This document shows positions 17,226 through 28,150 of a DNA stretch of 64,000 nt, one piece after another. The notes under the pieces were generated by a model. The model saw only the letters and a list, made by a program, of their open reading frames with translations, did not search any database and was not told where the DNA came from. Position numbers and translations under genes: made by a program. Source of the DNA: Candidatus Bathyarchaeota archaeon (GTDB lineage Archaea; Thermoproteota; Bathyarchaeia; Bathyarchaeales; Bathycorpusculaceae); NCBI GenBank assembly GCA_963828195.1, contig CAWHDT010000003.1, forward strand, positions 397,397 through 461,396, read 5' to 3'. Every line of letters begins with the position of its first letter. The first letter of the stretch is position 1.

Positions 17226-19871
17226 TTATGATCGTTTTCTCAGCATCAGGACGATTAAGACACCAACTATGGCAATTGCGATTATTATTGCGGCTGCTGC
17301 AGCGCCGATGTACATTTCCGTTGAAGGCAAAGGATTATTTGCTACTGGATATGGCGAGGCTGTTGGCGAGCATGGGTCAACTGCGAAGACGGTTTCGTCA
17401 GAAGAAGGATAGTAAGAGTTTGAACCCGCAAATGTTGCGAAGACGGTGTATTTGCCTGTGATGTCGGGATACCACTGTAAACTAAACATGCCGCTTGAAT
17501 CAGTTGTAGCTGTACCGATAGTTCTGTAGTTGCCGTTTGAGTCGATGACGCTGATTGTCACCGGAACGCCTGTTACGTTTGTTGGTTCGGGCTTTTGCAT
17601 GTAAACGTATTCCATCCAAGCGCTCTGGCTTGCGTCAGAAACACATGGAACACCATTTGGAAAGTCCATTGCCTGTTCATTTTGTGTCGTTCCCGCCGAG
17701 ATGTCCATCACTGTGCCGCTGATCACTAAAGATTTGCCAAGTTCTATTGATGCTTGAGGTGCTGTAACAGTTAATTTGCTGGGTCCTTGACCGTAACAGT
17801 AGATTTGCTCGTCATATGTATTCAAGAATGTCAAGTATCCGCTGGCAATCGCTGATTCATCGCCGTTCATTTCGTTGCTCCATCCGAAGATCGTCCATAT
17901 TTGCTGTCCTGTGGTGGCGTTAAGGCATGTCAAGGGGAAACCTTTGTACATCGGTTGGTTCGGCGAGTGCTCGTCTCCGGCTATATAGACCATTCCGTCA
18001 GCTATTGCCACGAACTGCTGCGGGTACTCACCCCATGGGGTTCCTAAGCCTGCATTGGTGCTGTTGCCTGCGCCGCCGTTTCCATAAGTCCATTCTAAGG
18101 CTCCGGTAGCATCGTTATAGCAGAAAATTAATCCTGCATAGCCAGCGCAGTAAAGGTTGCCGTAGGCATCTGTGTCGCTGGACATGAAGTACTGCCAGTT
18201 GGTTGTGCTGCTTGATGGAAAGCCTACTGGACCCCACAGATAAGCGCCGGTGTTCAAGCTGTAGCCCCAGTGCACATTGGTTTCTTTGTCATCAAAGATG
18301 AAGACTCCAGTTGTTGGATCCCATGCGGAAATTATTCGAGTTACATTGTTTGGCGCTTGCTGGTAAGATTGTGTCCAAAGGGTTTGACCTATTGTATTTG
18401 GTTTTAGGCTTATGGCTGTGATGTTTGCTGGGTCTGAAGTTACGGCTGTAACGCTGCCTCCTGCATGTGTTCCGAAGGTTCCCTGGACCAGAAGCATCAT
18501 GTTGCCGAGGCTAACTAGTGGACCAAGGGTTGCTGAACCGATACCCCAGCCTGTTCCCGGAAGATTTAGCGATATGTTCCAGTCATAGCACGATGGCAAG
18601 CTTGCATTTTCTGTTCCGGTGTACCAGGTGGTTGGACTTAAGTTTGCGCCTGTTATGCCTCCGAATACGTCAGATGAATTCCATTGAGCCAAATACCAGT
18701 TGGGTTTCGACGAGGTTCCATAATTGGTTAAAACGTATTTTAGTTCCTCGCCACTTGGACCTGCCACGCTTGTGCCAGTTGGAACGTTGGTTATGTTCAT
18801 TGTTGTCAGCACTCCGTCTGATGGATCATATGCCCGCCACACTGTACCTAAACCTGGATAGGCAGTAGTAGTTGCAATCAATAAGCCGTTTGGCAATGGT
18901 CCGTATTGGTTAGGAGATTCTAAATCATAGATATAGCCGAATGATGGAAGAAGAGTCACACCTGTAGCTGTCACGTTAATACTCCATAGCTGTTGTCCAG
19001 TTAGCAAGTTTACTGCAACGTAGTTCCCGCCAGTTCCCGAGTCGCCATATGGCTGTTGATAGTAGAGGACCCCCTGCATAACGATTGGATTGTTAAATCG
19101 GGGATTGTAGGATAAGCCATTGTACCAATCTTCGCCTGGAACCGCCGTTTCATTTCCGCCTACTACACCGCCGTAACCGCAAGGTTGAGTCCACATTATG
19201 TGTGCGCTGGTTGGCGCTGTGCCATAGGGTTGGTAAGCACCGGGTCTTGCAGTTCCTGATCCAAGAATGAAGGGTTGTCCGAGCCAGTTTGAGGCAATAG
19301 TGTACCAATAAGTGTTTTGTCCTTCAATTGGATATGTCCAGTAAGCTGTTGGAAGCGGATAGCTGGCTATTGGCTGTGGAAGTTGCGCTTGCTGAACCGT
19401 TACTTGGCATGTTGAGTTGCTTGCAGTGAAAATGTCGCCTGTGTAAGAAGTGCCAGATTGGGCGGCGGTCCAAGTGTAGTTTTGTCCTGCGTAGTTAAAC
19501 AGGAACGTGTAGTTGCCGACCTGAGTTGGAGTGTAGAAGTAGTCCTGTACGCCTGTTGGGTCAGTGATGTTTGCGAAGGTTTCTGTTGTGGTCGTTCCAT
19601 CAGGCGCCGTGATTGTCAGAGTATATCCTGCACGTCTAATGCCATTGGTTGCTGTTGCTCCCGGCATTGGTTCATCTACCCACATGCAGACGGATATTGG
19701 TTGGCCAACTCCAATGGGGTTGGGCATTGCTGTAACGTAAGCAAAGGCATTAATGGTCCATGGAGGCGTATGCGCGCTTGCAGTTGGCGTCAGAATCATT
19801 GATGCGGTCATAGAAAATGTTAGAAACAAAGCCATCAAAATGGTTATAGTTTTATTTTTTAGTTTTTGCAT
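17226..19871 (-). CDS. Large secreted, membrane-anchored PQQ-like beta-propeller/Ig-fold surface protein
   Basis: Signal peptide, A-x-TG-xx-W blades, C-terminal Ig-like domain, PT linker and TM anchor ending in RKRS. Confidence 0.8.
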   Translation of the reverse strand: MQKLKNKTITILMALFLTFSMTASMILTPTASAHTPPWTINAFAYVTAMPNPIGVGQPISVCMWVDEPMPGATATNGIRRAGYTLTITAPDGTTTTETFANITDPTGVQDYFYTPTQVGNYTFLFNYAGQNYTWTAAQSGTSYTGDIFTASNSTCQVTVQQAQLPQPIASYPLPTAYWTYPIEGQNTYWYTIASNWLGQPFILGSGTARPGAYQPYGTAPTSAHIMWTQPCGYGGVVGGNETAVPGEDWYNGLSYNPRFNNPIVMQGVLYYQQPYGDSGTGGNYVAVNLLTGQQLWSINVTATGVTLLPSFGYIYDLESPNQYGPLPNGLLIATTTAYPGLGTVWRAYDPSDGVLTTMNITNVPTGTSVAGPSGEELKYVLTNYGTSSKPNWYLAQWNSSDVFGGITGANLSPTTWYTGTENASLPSCYDWNISLNLPGTGWGIGSATLGPLVSLGNMMLLVQGTFGTHAGGSVTAVTSDPANITAISLKPNTIGQTLWTQSYQQAPNNVTRIISAWDPTTGVFIFDDKETNVHWGYSLNTGAYLWGPVGFPSSSTTNWQYFMSSDTDAYGNLYCAGYAGLIFCYNDATGALEWTYGNGGAGNSTNAGLGTPWGEYPQQFVAIADGMVYIAGDEHSPNQPMYKGFPLTCLNATTGQQIWTIFGWSNEMNGDESAIASGYLTFLNTYDEQIYCYGQGPSKLTVTAPQASIELGKSLVISGTVMDISAGTTQNEQAMDFPNGVPCVSDASQSAWMEYVYMQKPEPTNVTGVPVTISVIDSNGNYRTIGTATTDSSGMFSLQWYPDITGKYTVFATFAGSNSYYPSSDETVFAVDPCSPTASPYPVANNPLPSTEMYIGAAAAAIIIAIAIVGVLIVLMLRKRS

Positions 19872-20241
19872 TTTTTCTTTTCCTCAATTTTTTTGAAGTA
19901 AAAAAGAGGGCAAACTGCTAACAATGCTAGATATTGCCCCCTCTCATGAAAGCCAAATTTGGTGCTGATGTAGTATATAACACTTAGCAGAATTAGCGCA
20001 AATGCCTAGTCTACATTAAAACAAATTTTAAATTAAAGCATTTCAATATCCCCGTTAAAACCGTAATATCTTAAAAAGCCGCGCATTTAACAAAGATCCA
20101 ATTAATGGCACAGTCCAAGTTGAATCAACATTCTGAATTAAAAGTTTTGATGCAGATGACCGAAATTTATTAACCGTTTATTTTGTCAATAGGTTTTAAA
20201 ACTAAAAAAAGGGAAGGAAGTTTTGTTTTGTATTTGCTGTT

Positions 20242-23055
20242 TTATGGTCGTTTTCTAAGCACTAATAGCGCTATCACTGCTAGACCTACTATGATTAAGA
20301 CGAATAGTCCGGCGATTGCGGGAACAAAGTATGTGTCAGCGACTGATGTTGGGGATGCTGTTGGGGCACCAGGTGTTGCGGGTGAGTTCATTATGTTGAA
20401 GTGAGTTTCTGCTGAGGATGGCCAGTACCCGTTGTTTCCTGCGAAAGTTGCGATCACCGTGTAGTTGCCTGCGATGTCAGGCGTCCACGTGAGGCTGTAT
20501 GACCCCATTGCATCTGTGGTTGCGGTGCCGATAGCTCTGAAGTTGCCATTAGAATCTACGACATTTATCGTCACTGGAACGCCTGTGAAGTTGTTTGGTT
20601 CAGGTTGCTGCTGGTAAACGTAGCCCATCCAATCATTCATGATTGCGTCGGAACATACTGGGACTCCGTTTGGAAAGTCGCCTTTCTGTTCGGCTTGCTG
20701 TGTACCTTCGGAAATATCCATAACTGTACCTTGTACAACTACGTTATCTCCATATGTTGTAACTGTCGGTGAAGCCGAGACTGTCGTAGAACTTGGTCCT
20801 TGGCCTAGGCAGTAAATTTGGTCGTCGTAGCCGTTGAAGAATGTTGTGTAGCCGTCTGCGATAGCGTAGCTAACGGATTGGAATTCGCCGGTGTAATCTT
20901 GGAGGGTCCAGATTTCTGCCCCGGTTGTGGCGTTGATGGCGCGTGTCAAGGCGTATTTGAAGATGGGTGTTTCGATGGTGTGTTCGGCAGTGGATAAGTA
21001 TATGATTCCGTTGCCGATAGCTTGGATGAATGTTGGGTAGTAGCCCAATGGTACGTAGCCGTAGCTGTTTGTGCTGTTGCCTTCACCGCCGTTGCCATAG
21101 GTCCAGATTAGGTTTCCAGTTGTCATAGAATAACAGTAGGTTAATCCTGCCATTCCACTTGCGTAGAGGTTGCCGTAAGCTGCCTGCGCGTCTGCGTCAG
21201 GTGTGCCTGGCTCGCCGAAGTAGTCAAGAGGAGCTCGAGGTGCTGTTGGACCCCAAAGTTCCTGGCCTGTTGTCATGCTGTACCCGACGAACTGCATAGT
21301 GTTGCCATATATCAGAGTGAAGACTCCTACTGTTGGATCACATGGACCTGTTAGGACCGTGACGTTTCCTGCTGGCGGTTGATATGTCTGCATCCATATT
21401 ATATTACCGAAAGTGTTGGTATGAGAAACGTTGAGATCAACTGCGAAGTATGTGAAGGGAGCCCATGCTCCTGCTGTAGGCAGAGAGCCGTTTCTGCAGA
21501 TCATCATGTCGTCGTAGAAAGCATAAAGTTGGGTGGTTGGGTTCGACGCATCAGGGTTGGTGGTTGGAGTAGCTTGGTAGCCTTCGATGAATTGGGTGTC
21601 TCCTGCCGCATTAGTTATGGTTGTTAGAGTTTGGTTGCCCATAAAGTTTAGCCAAGGCACCGAGATGTTCCAGTCATAGCGGTTGGTTGCTAAGCTTGTG
21701 TTCCAAACGCTTGCGTCTTCCACGAAATTGTTATTGTTGTTGTTGTTGCTGTTAGGGTTGTTAACGCCGTTCATCGGTGCCGGGACAGGTATAGTGCCAC
21801 CGCCGGTCGCGTTGTAAATTGAAGGTGTCATTGCGTATCCATATGGGAAAATTAATGATGTCGCGTTCCATTCAGCTAAAGTCCAATTTGGAGCTGCATT
21901 GGTGCCTGCATTTGCAAAAACGTACCTTAACTGTTCACCTTGTGGGCCCTGGGCTGCTATGCCTGTGGGGACACCGGTTACGTTGAACAGAAAGTCTCCT
22001 GTGTATGCGTCAAAGACTTCTCCGAAGTTAGTTGTGAATAAGATTGCTGGGTAAACGCCGTGTTGGTCGGGGTTTTCAACGTCATAGATCATTGCGCCTG
22101 ATAGGGCTGGTATGTTGGTTTTTTCCCAGATGATTTGTCCTGTTGCTAGACATTGGCAGACTGTTGCGCCAGTTTGTGCGCCTGCGAATGTTACTGGCAG
22201 CGTGTAGTATAGGTCTCCGTCAACTATTATGGGATTATCGAATCTCTGCTCGTATGCTGACCCCTCAAAGTAGGTGTTTCCTGGGATGATCAAATCGTTT
22301 CCTCCAACGACTCCTCCTTCTTGAGTCGGTTGTGTCCACATGATGTGGCTAGTTGTAGATCCCACTGCGTCGCCTGGATATCTCTGGAAGGGACCAGAGT
22401 TGGTGAAGCCGGTGAGGTCGCCTGAGCCTGTTGCGGATGAAACTGGTGAACCTGTGCCTAGCCAGTTTGATGAAATCGTGTACCAAGCGGTGTTTGTGCC
22501 GAATATTGGTCGAGTCCAGTATGCGGTCGGAGCCGCGGTTGTGCTGCTTACGAGCCCTGGTAGAGGTGTTTGGGTCACGACAAGTGCATATGTGTAGGAA
22601 CTGGGCAGATATGTGTCGTTAACGTATGCTGAGCCGGTGGGTTGGTCAGCGGCAGTTATGGTTTCTCCAGGATAGCTGAAGGTCAGGTTGTATGTGCCGA
22701 CTTGGGTAGGTGTGAACTGGTAGTCCTGATTATCTGTTGGGTCAGAGATGTACGCAAAAGTTATTGATGATGATGTTCCGTCAGGCGCAACAATGGTCAG
22801 GTCATAGTTATGGTATCTGTAGTTGTTTGTTAGTGCTGAATTGTAGTAAGGTGGGTTTCCTAGAAACATGTCAATATGTACTGACTGCCCTACCCCAATA
22901 GGGTTCGGGTACGCCGTCATGTACGCATGCGTTGGAATCTGCCATGCCGGTGTATGTGCACTGGCAGACGGTATAAGCATCATTGAAGCCCCCATTGAAA
23001 GTGTTAGGAAAATAGCAATCAAAATAGCTGCAATTCTTTTTTTAGCAATTTGCAT
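20242..23055 (-). CDS. Paralogous secreted PQQ-like beta-propeller surface protein
   Basis: Same architecture as 17226-19871 (ASAHTPxW, HIMWTQP..GGVVGG, GGxGNSTN, FPNGVP). Start set at MQIAKK (23055), which has an SD motif. Confidence 0.8.
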   Translation of the reverse strand: MQIAKKRIAAILIAIFLTLSMGASMMLIPSASAHTPAWQIPTHAYMTAYPNPIGVGQSVHIDMFLGNPPYYNSALTNNYRYHNYDLTIVAPDGTSSSITFAYISDPTDNQDYQFTPTQVGTYNLTFSYPGETITAADQPTGSAYVNDTYLPSSYTYALVVTQTPLPGLVSSTTAAPTAYWTRPIFGTNTAWYTISSNWLGTGSPVSSATGSGDLTGFTNSGPFQRYPGDAVGSTTSHIMWTQPTQEGGVVGGNDLIIPGNTYFEGSAYEQRFDNPIIVDGDLYYTLPVTFAGAQTGATVCQCLATGQIIWEKTNIPALSGAMIYDVENPDQHGVYPAILFTTNFGEVFDAYTGDFLFNVTGVPTGIAAQGPQGEQLRYVFANAGTNAAPNWTLAEWNATSLIFPYGYAMTPSIYNATGGGTIPVPAPMNGVNNPNSNNNNNNNFVEDASVWNTSLATNRYDWNISVPWLNFMGNQTLTTITNAAGDTQFIEGYQATPTTNPDASNPTTQLYAFYDDMMICRNGSLPTAGAWAPFTYFAVDLNVSHTNTFGNIIWMQTYQPPAGNVTVLTGPCDPTVGVFTLIYGNTMQFVGYSMTTGQELWGPTAPRAPLDYFGEPGTPDADAQAAYGNLYASGMAGLTYCYSMTTGNLIWTYGNGGEGNSTNSYGYVPLGYYPTFIQAIGNGIIYLSTAEHTIETPIFKYALTRAINATTGAEIWTLQDYTGEFQSVSYAIADGYTTFFNGYDDQIYCLGQGPSSTTVSASPTVTTYGDNVVVQGTVMDISEGTQQAEQKGDFPNGVPVCSDAIMNDWMGYVYQQQPEPNNFTGVPVTINVVDSNGNFRAIGTATTDAMGSYSLTWTPDIAGNYTVIATFAGNNGYWPSSAETHFNIMNSPATPGAPTASPTSVADTYFVPAIAGLFVLIIVGLAVIALLVLRKRP

Positions 23056-23267
23056 TTTTCTTTTCTCCTTTAAAGCATATTTTTTGTTGAGCAAAAAGCA
23101 AAAAAAATGCTAATGCCCAACTCTCAGCCATTTGTTAACACCTTACTTATAACATTTGGCAAGATTCAGGTTATTTTGGCAAAAATGGATCGAAAATGAT
23201 GAGCGCAACGCAACGTCGATGCAAGTGAATACGTTTTTCTTTGCCAAGGGGTCAGAAAGAAGGGTGC

Positions 23268-24113
23268 CTAAGGATTTTCATCTCTTATGAGAACGCTTGA
23301 ATAAGTCGCAACTGAGCTGTCGCCGCTGTCAACGCCGCTAGATGCAGTCATGTTCAACTGCAGGGTGCTTTGGATTTGTTTGCAGCTTTCCAATTCCAAG
23401 CATGATTCCCCTGAGAGGATGCCGCATCCCTCATCAGCAGGTTGATTCTGGCTTTGTTTGATGCTTGCCTGTTTAAACTCGACTTCGAAGACTCTAAAAT
23501 TTCCCGCTTGAACCGCAAGATTCTCAATACCCGAAAATTTAACAGTCATTTCCGCGTCGCCGACGCCTAAAGCCACGCATGTCACTGGAATTTGCCAGGT
23601 ATCTCCGACCTGGGCTTCCGACTGATTAAAATCTGCCGTTTCAAGGGGGCTACCGCTGTTGCTGTTTTCCATGTATTGCTGAAGAACAACAGGCAAAAGA
23701 GTAAAGAGATTAGCCATGTCGGTTTCTTTGACTTCCAAAACAGCCGACGTCGCCGAACCCGCAGTGCCTAAGGTGGTTGTGTAATTTAGAGTGTAGGTGC
23801 CGCCGTTAATGTTTAGGACTTCAATTGTTAAGGTACTTTGAGCGGTGGAGTTTGTGGAGGAATTGCCGATTTGGCTGTAAGAGGTCGATGTGACTTGATA
23901 AGTGAGTTTTTCGCCGACCCGGTAATGGACATTTAAAGAAAACTCTTTAGCGTTATTTGCAGGCACAAGAAATATTGCTGTCAAAACTATTGCAATCGCG
24001 ATTAACGCAGCAGCAGTTATGTAAAATTTCTTTCCAAACCGATTCCTCGACGTTTTTTCCGCCGGTTGCTGCTGGGCAGCTGAATCAATTGAACTGTAAA
24101 ATTTGGTCAGCAT
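23268..24113 (-). CDS. Hypothetical membrane-anchored extracellular protein
   Basis: N-terminal TM, YRVGEKLTY, VGDTW. Confidence 0.65.
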   Translation of the reverse strand: MLTKFYSSIDSAAQQQPAEKTSRNRFGKKFYITAAALIAIAIVLTAIFLVPANNAKEFSLNVHYRVGEKLTYQVTSTSYSQIGNSSTNSTAQSTLTIEVLNINGGTYTLNYTTTLGTAGSATSAVLEVKETDMANLFTLLPVVLQQYMENSNSGSPLETADFNQSEAQVGDTWQIPVTCVALGVGDAEMTVKFSGIENLAVQAGNFRVFEVEFKQASIKQSQNQPADEGCGILSGESCLELESCKQIQSTLQLNMTASSGVDSGDSSVATYSSVLIRDENP

Positions 24114-24130
24114 TCTGGGTTCCCCATGGA

Positions 24131-24856
24131 TCAGCGGTCAGGAGGATTATTTTTTCTAAATGCAAAGGCAATTGCCAAAGCCGTTATAGCCACCGCGGTT
24201 GGAACGGCTGCAATAATCGCGTAGAATTTCGTTGGTTCTAACCCGTCGATTTGGGGACTCCACAAGTTTGTTGCGATTATGGTGACGTTGGCGCCCCAGT
24301 TGGTGAAGTTTTCTGTAGAGTGAAGAAAGACGCCGGTTGCTTCATCCCACTCTTTATGTCTGGTGGTGCTGTTTGTAAAAGTTACAGCTCGAGTTGCGCC
24401 CAACACGGTTTTTTGCTGCTGAGCTTGAATAACTACAGTTGTATTGGCTGAAAAAGCATCATAGAACGTGTCGCCTTCGCCAAGATTAGCTGGGATAATT
24501 ATCCATCCTTCCTCGTTGCCAGCTGTAAAGTTAAATTTCCAAATGGAACTGTACAACGTCCCGTTCACGTACCTAACGGTAAGATTAACTGAGAAAGCGG
24601 CAACCTCAACCTGCAAAACCACCATTTTCATCCAGTTGACGTCGTGTAAAGCCGGAGGAGAACCGGTTAAGTCAACGCTGTACTCCATCCAATCGCCCTC
24701 TTTGACACCTACCGAAGGACCCTCATTAGCGCCGACCGGTGAGACGATGACTAAAAGAGAAAACATCAGACCCACCATAATCAACACATTTAACGCTTTC
24801 ATATCTCCCGCCAATAAGCTGTAACGCTGCTGTTGCCTTAAGACTTTTTCCGTCAA
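24131..24856 (-). CDS. Hypothetical secreted protein with C-terminal TM
   Basis: Signal peptide, VGVKEGDWMEY, WDEATGV, TM tail. Confidence 0.7.
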   Translation of the reverse strand: MTEKVLRQQQRYSLLAGDMKALNVLIMVGLMFSLLVIVSPVGANEGPSVGVKEGDWMEYSVDLTGSPPALHDVNWMKMVVLQVEVAAFSVNLTVRYVNGTLYSSIWKFNFTAGNEEGWIIIPANLGEGDTFYDAFSANTTVVIQAQQQKTVLGATRAVTFTNSTTRHKEWDEATGVFLHSTENFTNWGANVTIIATNLWSPQIDGLEPTKFYAIIAAVPTAVAITALAIAFAFRKNNPPDR

Positions 24857-25009
24857 AAAAATTTGACCAAACCGACTTAACCCACCGTCAAACTTTCTTA
24901 ACTACTTTTTTTCAGGCATGCTACCTGCAAAAAATGAAATACGCCGCAAAATAAGGGGGCGGGCAAAAGAACTTAATAGTATTTCCCGCTTAAAACTAAA
25001 CGGTGCTTT

Positions 25010-26233
25010 ATGCAGGTGAAACGGTTTCAGGTATTAACGGCAGTTGCTTGCATAATTTTTGTTTCCACCGCGTTCTTGTTTCCATTTGCCAACGCCGGCA
25101 CAGGAAAATCGTCGGTAACGCCTGTACTGCTTTGGAAGTATCTGACGGGCAACGCGGTTGAGTCTTCCCCAACAGTTGCTGGCGGCGTTGTCTACATTGG
25201 CTCTTGGGACGGATTTGTTTATGCTTTAAACGCTTCCAGCGGCGCCAGAATTTGGAGCCATCGAACAGGCGGAACCGTCGGTTCAGCTCCCGCAGTTGTT
25301 GATGGAGCAGTGTACATTGGCTCGCTTTTGGGCAGCGTCTACGCTTTGAATGCTACATCTGGTGCGCGGGTTTGGAATTTCACGACTGGCGGGTTGGTCG
25401 GTTCCTCCCCGGCTGTTGCAGGCGGCATAGTCTACGTCGGCTCAGACGACGGCAACATCTATGCTTTAAACACTACTGACGGCGCCCTGATATGGAATTA
25501 CGCCACCCAAGACGAAGTTTACTCTTCCCCCGCTGTCGTTAACGGCGCAGTCTATGTAGGCTCAGACGACGGAAACGTTTATGCCCTAAACGCCAGCAGC
25601 GGCGCCAAACTCTGGAACTACACTACAGCTTGGAGTGACAGCGCAGGCAACGCGGTTGGTTCATCGCCGACGGTGGCCGACGGCGTGGTCTATGTGGGTT
25701 CATACGACAGCGACGTTTACGCTTTAAACGCTACTGATGGAGCAAAAATCTGGAGTTACGCCACCGGCAACGCTGTTGAGTCATCTCCAGCCGTGATGAA
25801 CGGCGTGGTTTACGTCGGTTCATTTGATGGGAAAATCTACGCTTTAAAAGCTGCTGACGGAGCGCTGCTTTGGACTTACAACACAGACGACGAAGTTTAT
25901 TCGTCCCCTGCAATTGCAAACGGCATCGTCTATGTTGGCTCGCTTAACGGGAACATTTATGCTTTAGATGCATCTAACGGTGCCAAACTGTGGAATTACA
26001 CAACAGCCACTTCGGTGGAGTCGTCTCCGGCAGTTGTTAACGGCGTAGTCTATGTTGGTTCGGATGACATGTACGTTTACGCTTTAGGCAGCTTCGCCAC
26101 TTCCCCAGTTTCTCAGTCTCCACCGTTTCCGTTCATAGATCAACTGCTAATAATTGCTTTAGGGGTTTCGTTGATAATGGTCCTTTCCGCGGCTTTATTT
26201 GCGAAGAAGAAAGTGAAAGCAAATGAAAAATAA
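25010..26233 (+). CDS. PQQ-repeat (BamB-like) beta-propeller protein, membrane-anchored
   Basis: Eight repeats of SSPAVxxGxVYVGSxDGxVYALNAxxGAxxW. Confidence 0.92.
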   Translation: MQVKRFQVLTAVACIIFVSTAFLFPFANAGTGKSSVTPVLLWKYLTGNAVESSPTVAGGVVYIGSWDGFVYALNASSGARIWSHRTGGTVGSAPAVVDGAVYIGSLLGSVYALNATSGARVWNFTTGGLVGSSPAVAGGIVYVGSDDGNIYALNTTDGALIWNYATQDEVYSSPAVVNGAVYVGSDDGNVYALNASSGAKLWNYTTAWSDSAGNAVGSSPTVADGVVYVGSYDSDVYALNATDGAKIWSYATGNAVESSPAVMNGVVYVGSFDGKIYALKAADGALLWTYNTDDEVYSSPAIANGIVYVGSLNGNIYALDASNGAKLWNYTTATSVESSPAVVNGVVYVGSDDMYVYALGSFATSPVSQSPPFPFIDQLLIIALGVSLIMVLSAALFAKKKVKANEK

Positions 26234-27377
26234 ACCCTTGATTATTTCCGTTTCGCTGTTGCTGATTGTTTCTTTAGTGCTTGTTTCGTTTCTTGTACTG
26301 CAGGATAACGGGGGAAGCAATTCTTCAAGTGGAGGTGTGCCGAAGGTTTTTGTTGGAATCGACGTGGCTTACAACAACCTCGTGACCATGGAAAAACTTG
26401 TTGACGCAGTAAGCTCCTATGCAAACTTGATCATACTGGGATCAACCGGGATCTCCTACACCAGTCAGCTTAACGACGCCTGCCAGTGCATCTTCAACAA
26501 AGGATTATACTTCATCCTGTACACTGAAAATGCGCCGCCGCTTCAGTGGCTTCAAAACGCCGTGAACAAGTGGGGCGACCATTTCTTAGGATTATACGCC
26601 TTCGACGAAATGGGCGGAAAACAGCTAGACCAAGACAACGAAGATTTTATGCGAATTTCAAACGTGTCCAGCACCGCCACCTACTCCGACGTGGCAAATC
26701 AATACGAAGAACAGTTAAATCAGACCCTTGGAACCATCACAGTAAACTTCAACAGCACTAACAGCGTTCCCCTCTTTACCTCGGATTATGCGTTTTACTG
26801 GTTTGACTACGAGGGCGGCTACAATACGATTTTTGCGGAGTTCGGCTGGAACTATAGCAGGCAACTGAATGTTGCACTTTGCAGAGGTGCAGCTGAATCT
26901 CAAAACAAGACATGGGGGGTAATGATTACGTACACGTACACCACTCCGCCTTTCATAGAATCTGCGGCCAACCTTTACAGTGACATGCTATACGCCTACA
27001 ACAACGGAGCCAAATACATCGTGGTCTACGACAGCAGCCTAAACTGGACAACGGGAATTCTGGATCAAGACCATCTGAACGCTATGAAACAGTTCTGGCA
27101 ATACATGACCAACAACCCAGCAGCAGAAAATTCCGCTCAGCCAGACACCGCTTACGTGCTTCCCCAGGATTACGCTTACGGCTTTCGAGGCCCAAATGAC
27201 AAAATATGGGGGCTATGGGGTCCAGATAACCTCACGGTCACAATTGCCACTCAGCTTTCAAGTTTAATGACGCAATACGGAAACAACTTAAACGTGGTTT
27301 ACGATGCCCCAAGCATCAATTACACAAGCCAGTACAGCGAAGTCATATTTTGGAATGGAACAACCTACAACCGTTAA
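26223..27377 (+). CDS. Hypothetical membrane-anchored protein (possible glycoside-hydrolase-like barrel)
   Basis: N-terminal TM, FLGLYAFDE, PLFTSDYAFYWFDY. The fold is an inference. Confidence 0.6.
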   Translation: MKNKPLIISVSLLLIVSLVLVSFLVLQDNGGSNSSSGGVPKVFVGIDVAYNNLVTMEKLVDAVSSYANLIILGSTGISYTSQLNDACQCIFNKGLYFILYTENAPPLQWLQNAVNKWGDHFLGLYAFDEMGGKQLDQDNEDFMRISNVSSTATYSDVANQYEEQLNQTLGTITVNFNSTNSVPLFTSDYAFYWFDYEGGYNTIFAEFGWNYSRQLNVALCRGAAESQNKTWGVMITYTYTTPPFIESAANLYSDMLYAYNNGAKYIVVYDSSLNWTTGILDQDHLNAMKQFWQYMTNNPAAENSAQPDTAYVLPQDYAYGFRGPNDKIWGLWGPDNLTVTIATQLSSLMTQYGNNLNVVYDAPSINYTSQYSEVIFWNGTTYNR

Positions 27378-27512
27378 TACTGAAAATCAATTGATGAAAC
27401 CCTCGGTGCCGTCATAGGCAGGACAATACAATTTATATCCCCTTCAAAGACTATAATCTTTAACGCATTGTTTAAGAAAAAAATTCTGTTTCAATCTTTA
27501 GGTGGTTGGTTG

Positions 27513-28118
27513 ATGGTTACTGGAGCGGTTGTGTTAGCGGCTGGCAAATCTGAAAGAATGGGGCAGAACAAGCTTTTATTGACCGTGAATGGAAAAGCGC
27601 TCATTGAACAAATTTTGGATGCATTGACGGCAGCAGGAGTAGATGAACAAGTGATTGTGCTGGGACATCAGCCTGAACAGATGATTGAAGCCGTAAAGCC
27701 GAGGCTGCCCATGCTAAAGATAGCCCTAAATGCGGATTACGAGCAGGGGATGACGTCTTCGTTTCAAAAGGGGCTTCAACTGCTGCCCCGTGAAGATGCC
27801 GCGTTTTTGGTTCTTGGGGATGAACCCATTTTTGACCCAGACTTTTTGAGGTTAATGGCGCAGCAGATGGAGAATAGTCAAAGTAAAACGTTGATTGTGA
27901 GCCCGATCTATAGAGGAAAGAAGGGGCACCCGCTGCTTTTTCACAGGCAGCTCTTCTCGGAAATACTGAATCTCAAAAACCCCCAAACTATACGTGACGT
28001 CGTTCATGGGCACGCTGATCAGCTTTTAACAGTTGATGCGCCACATTGGGTCATCTTGGATATTGACACCCCTGAAGACTACGCCCGGATCATCAAGCTG
28101 ACAAAAACAGGCGCATAA
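27513..28118 (+). CDS. mocA: Molybdenum cofactor cytidylyltransferase
   Basis: VLAAGKSERMGQNKLL, LGDEP, GHP, DIDTPED. Adjacent to an Xdh-family operon. Confidence 0.88.
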   Translation: MVTGAVVLAAGKSERMGQNKLLLTVNGKALIEQILDALTAAGVDEQVIVLGHQPEQMIEAVKPRLPMLKIALNADYEQGMTSSFQKGLQLLPREDAAFLVLGDEPIFDPDFLRLMAQQMENSQSKTLIVSPIYRGKKGHPLLFHRQLFSEILNLKNPQTIRDVVHGHADQLLTVDAPHWVILDIDTPEDYARIIKLTKTGA

Positions 28119-28150
28119 GAGCTCCAAGCAACCAGAGTGGTTTGGATTTG

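Noticed and set aside
21728-21762. Poly-Asn (AAC/AAT) tract in the propeller gene
   Set aside because: In-frame low-complexity loop with no evidence of phase variation.
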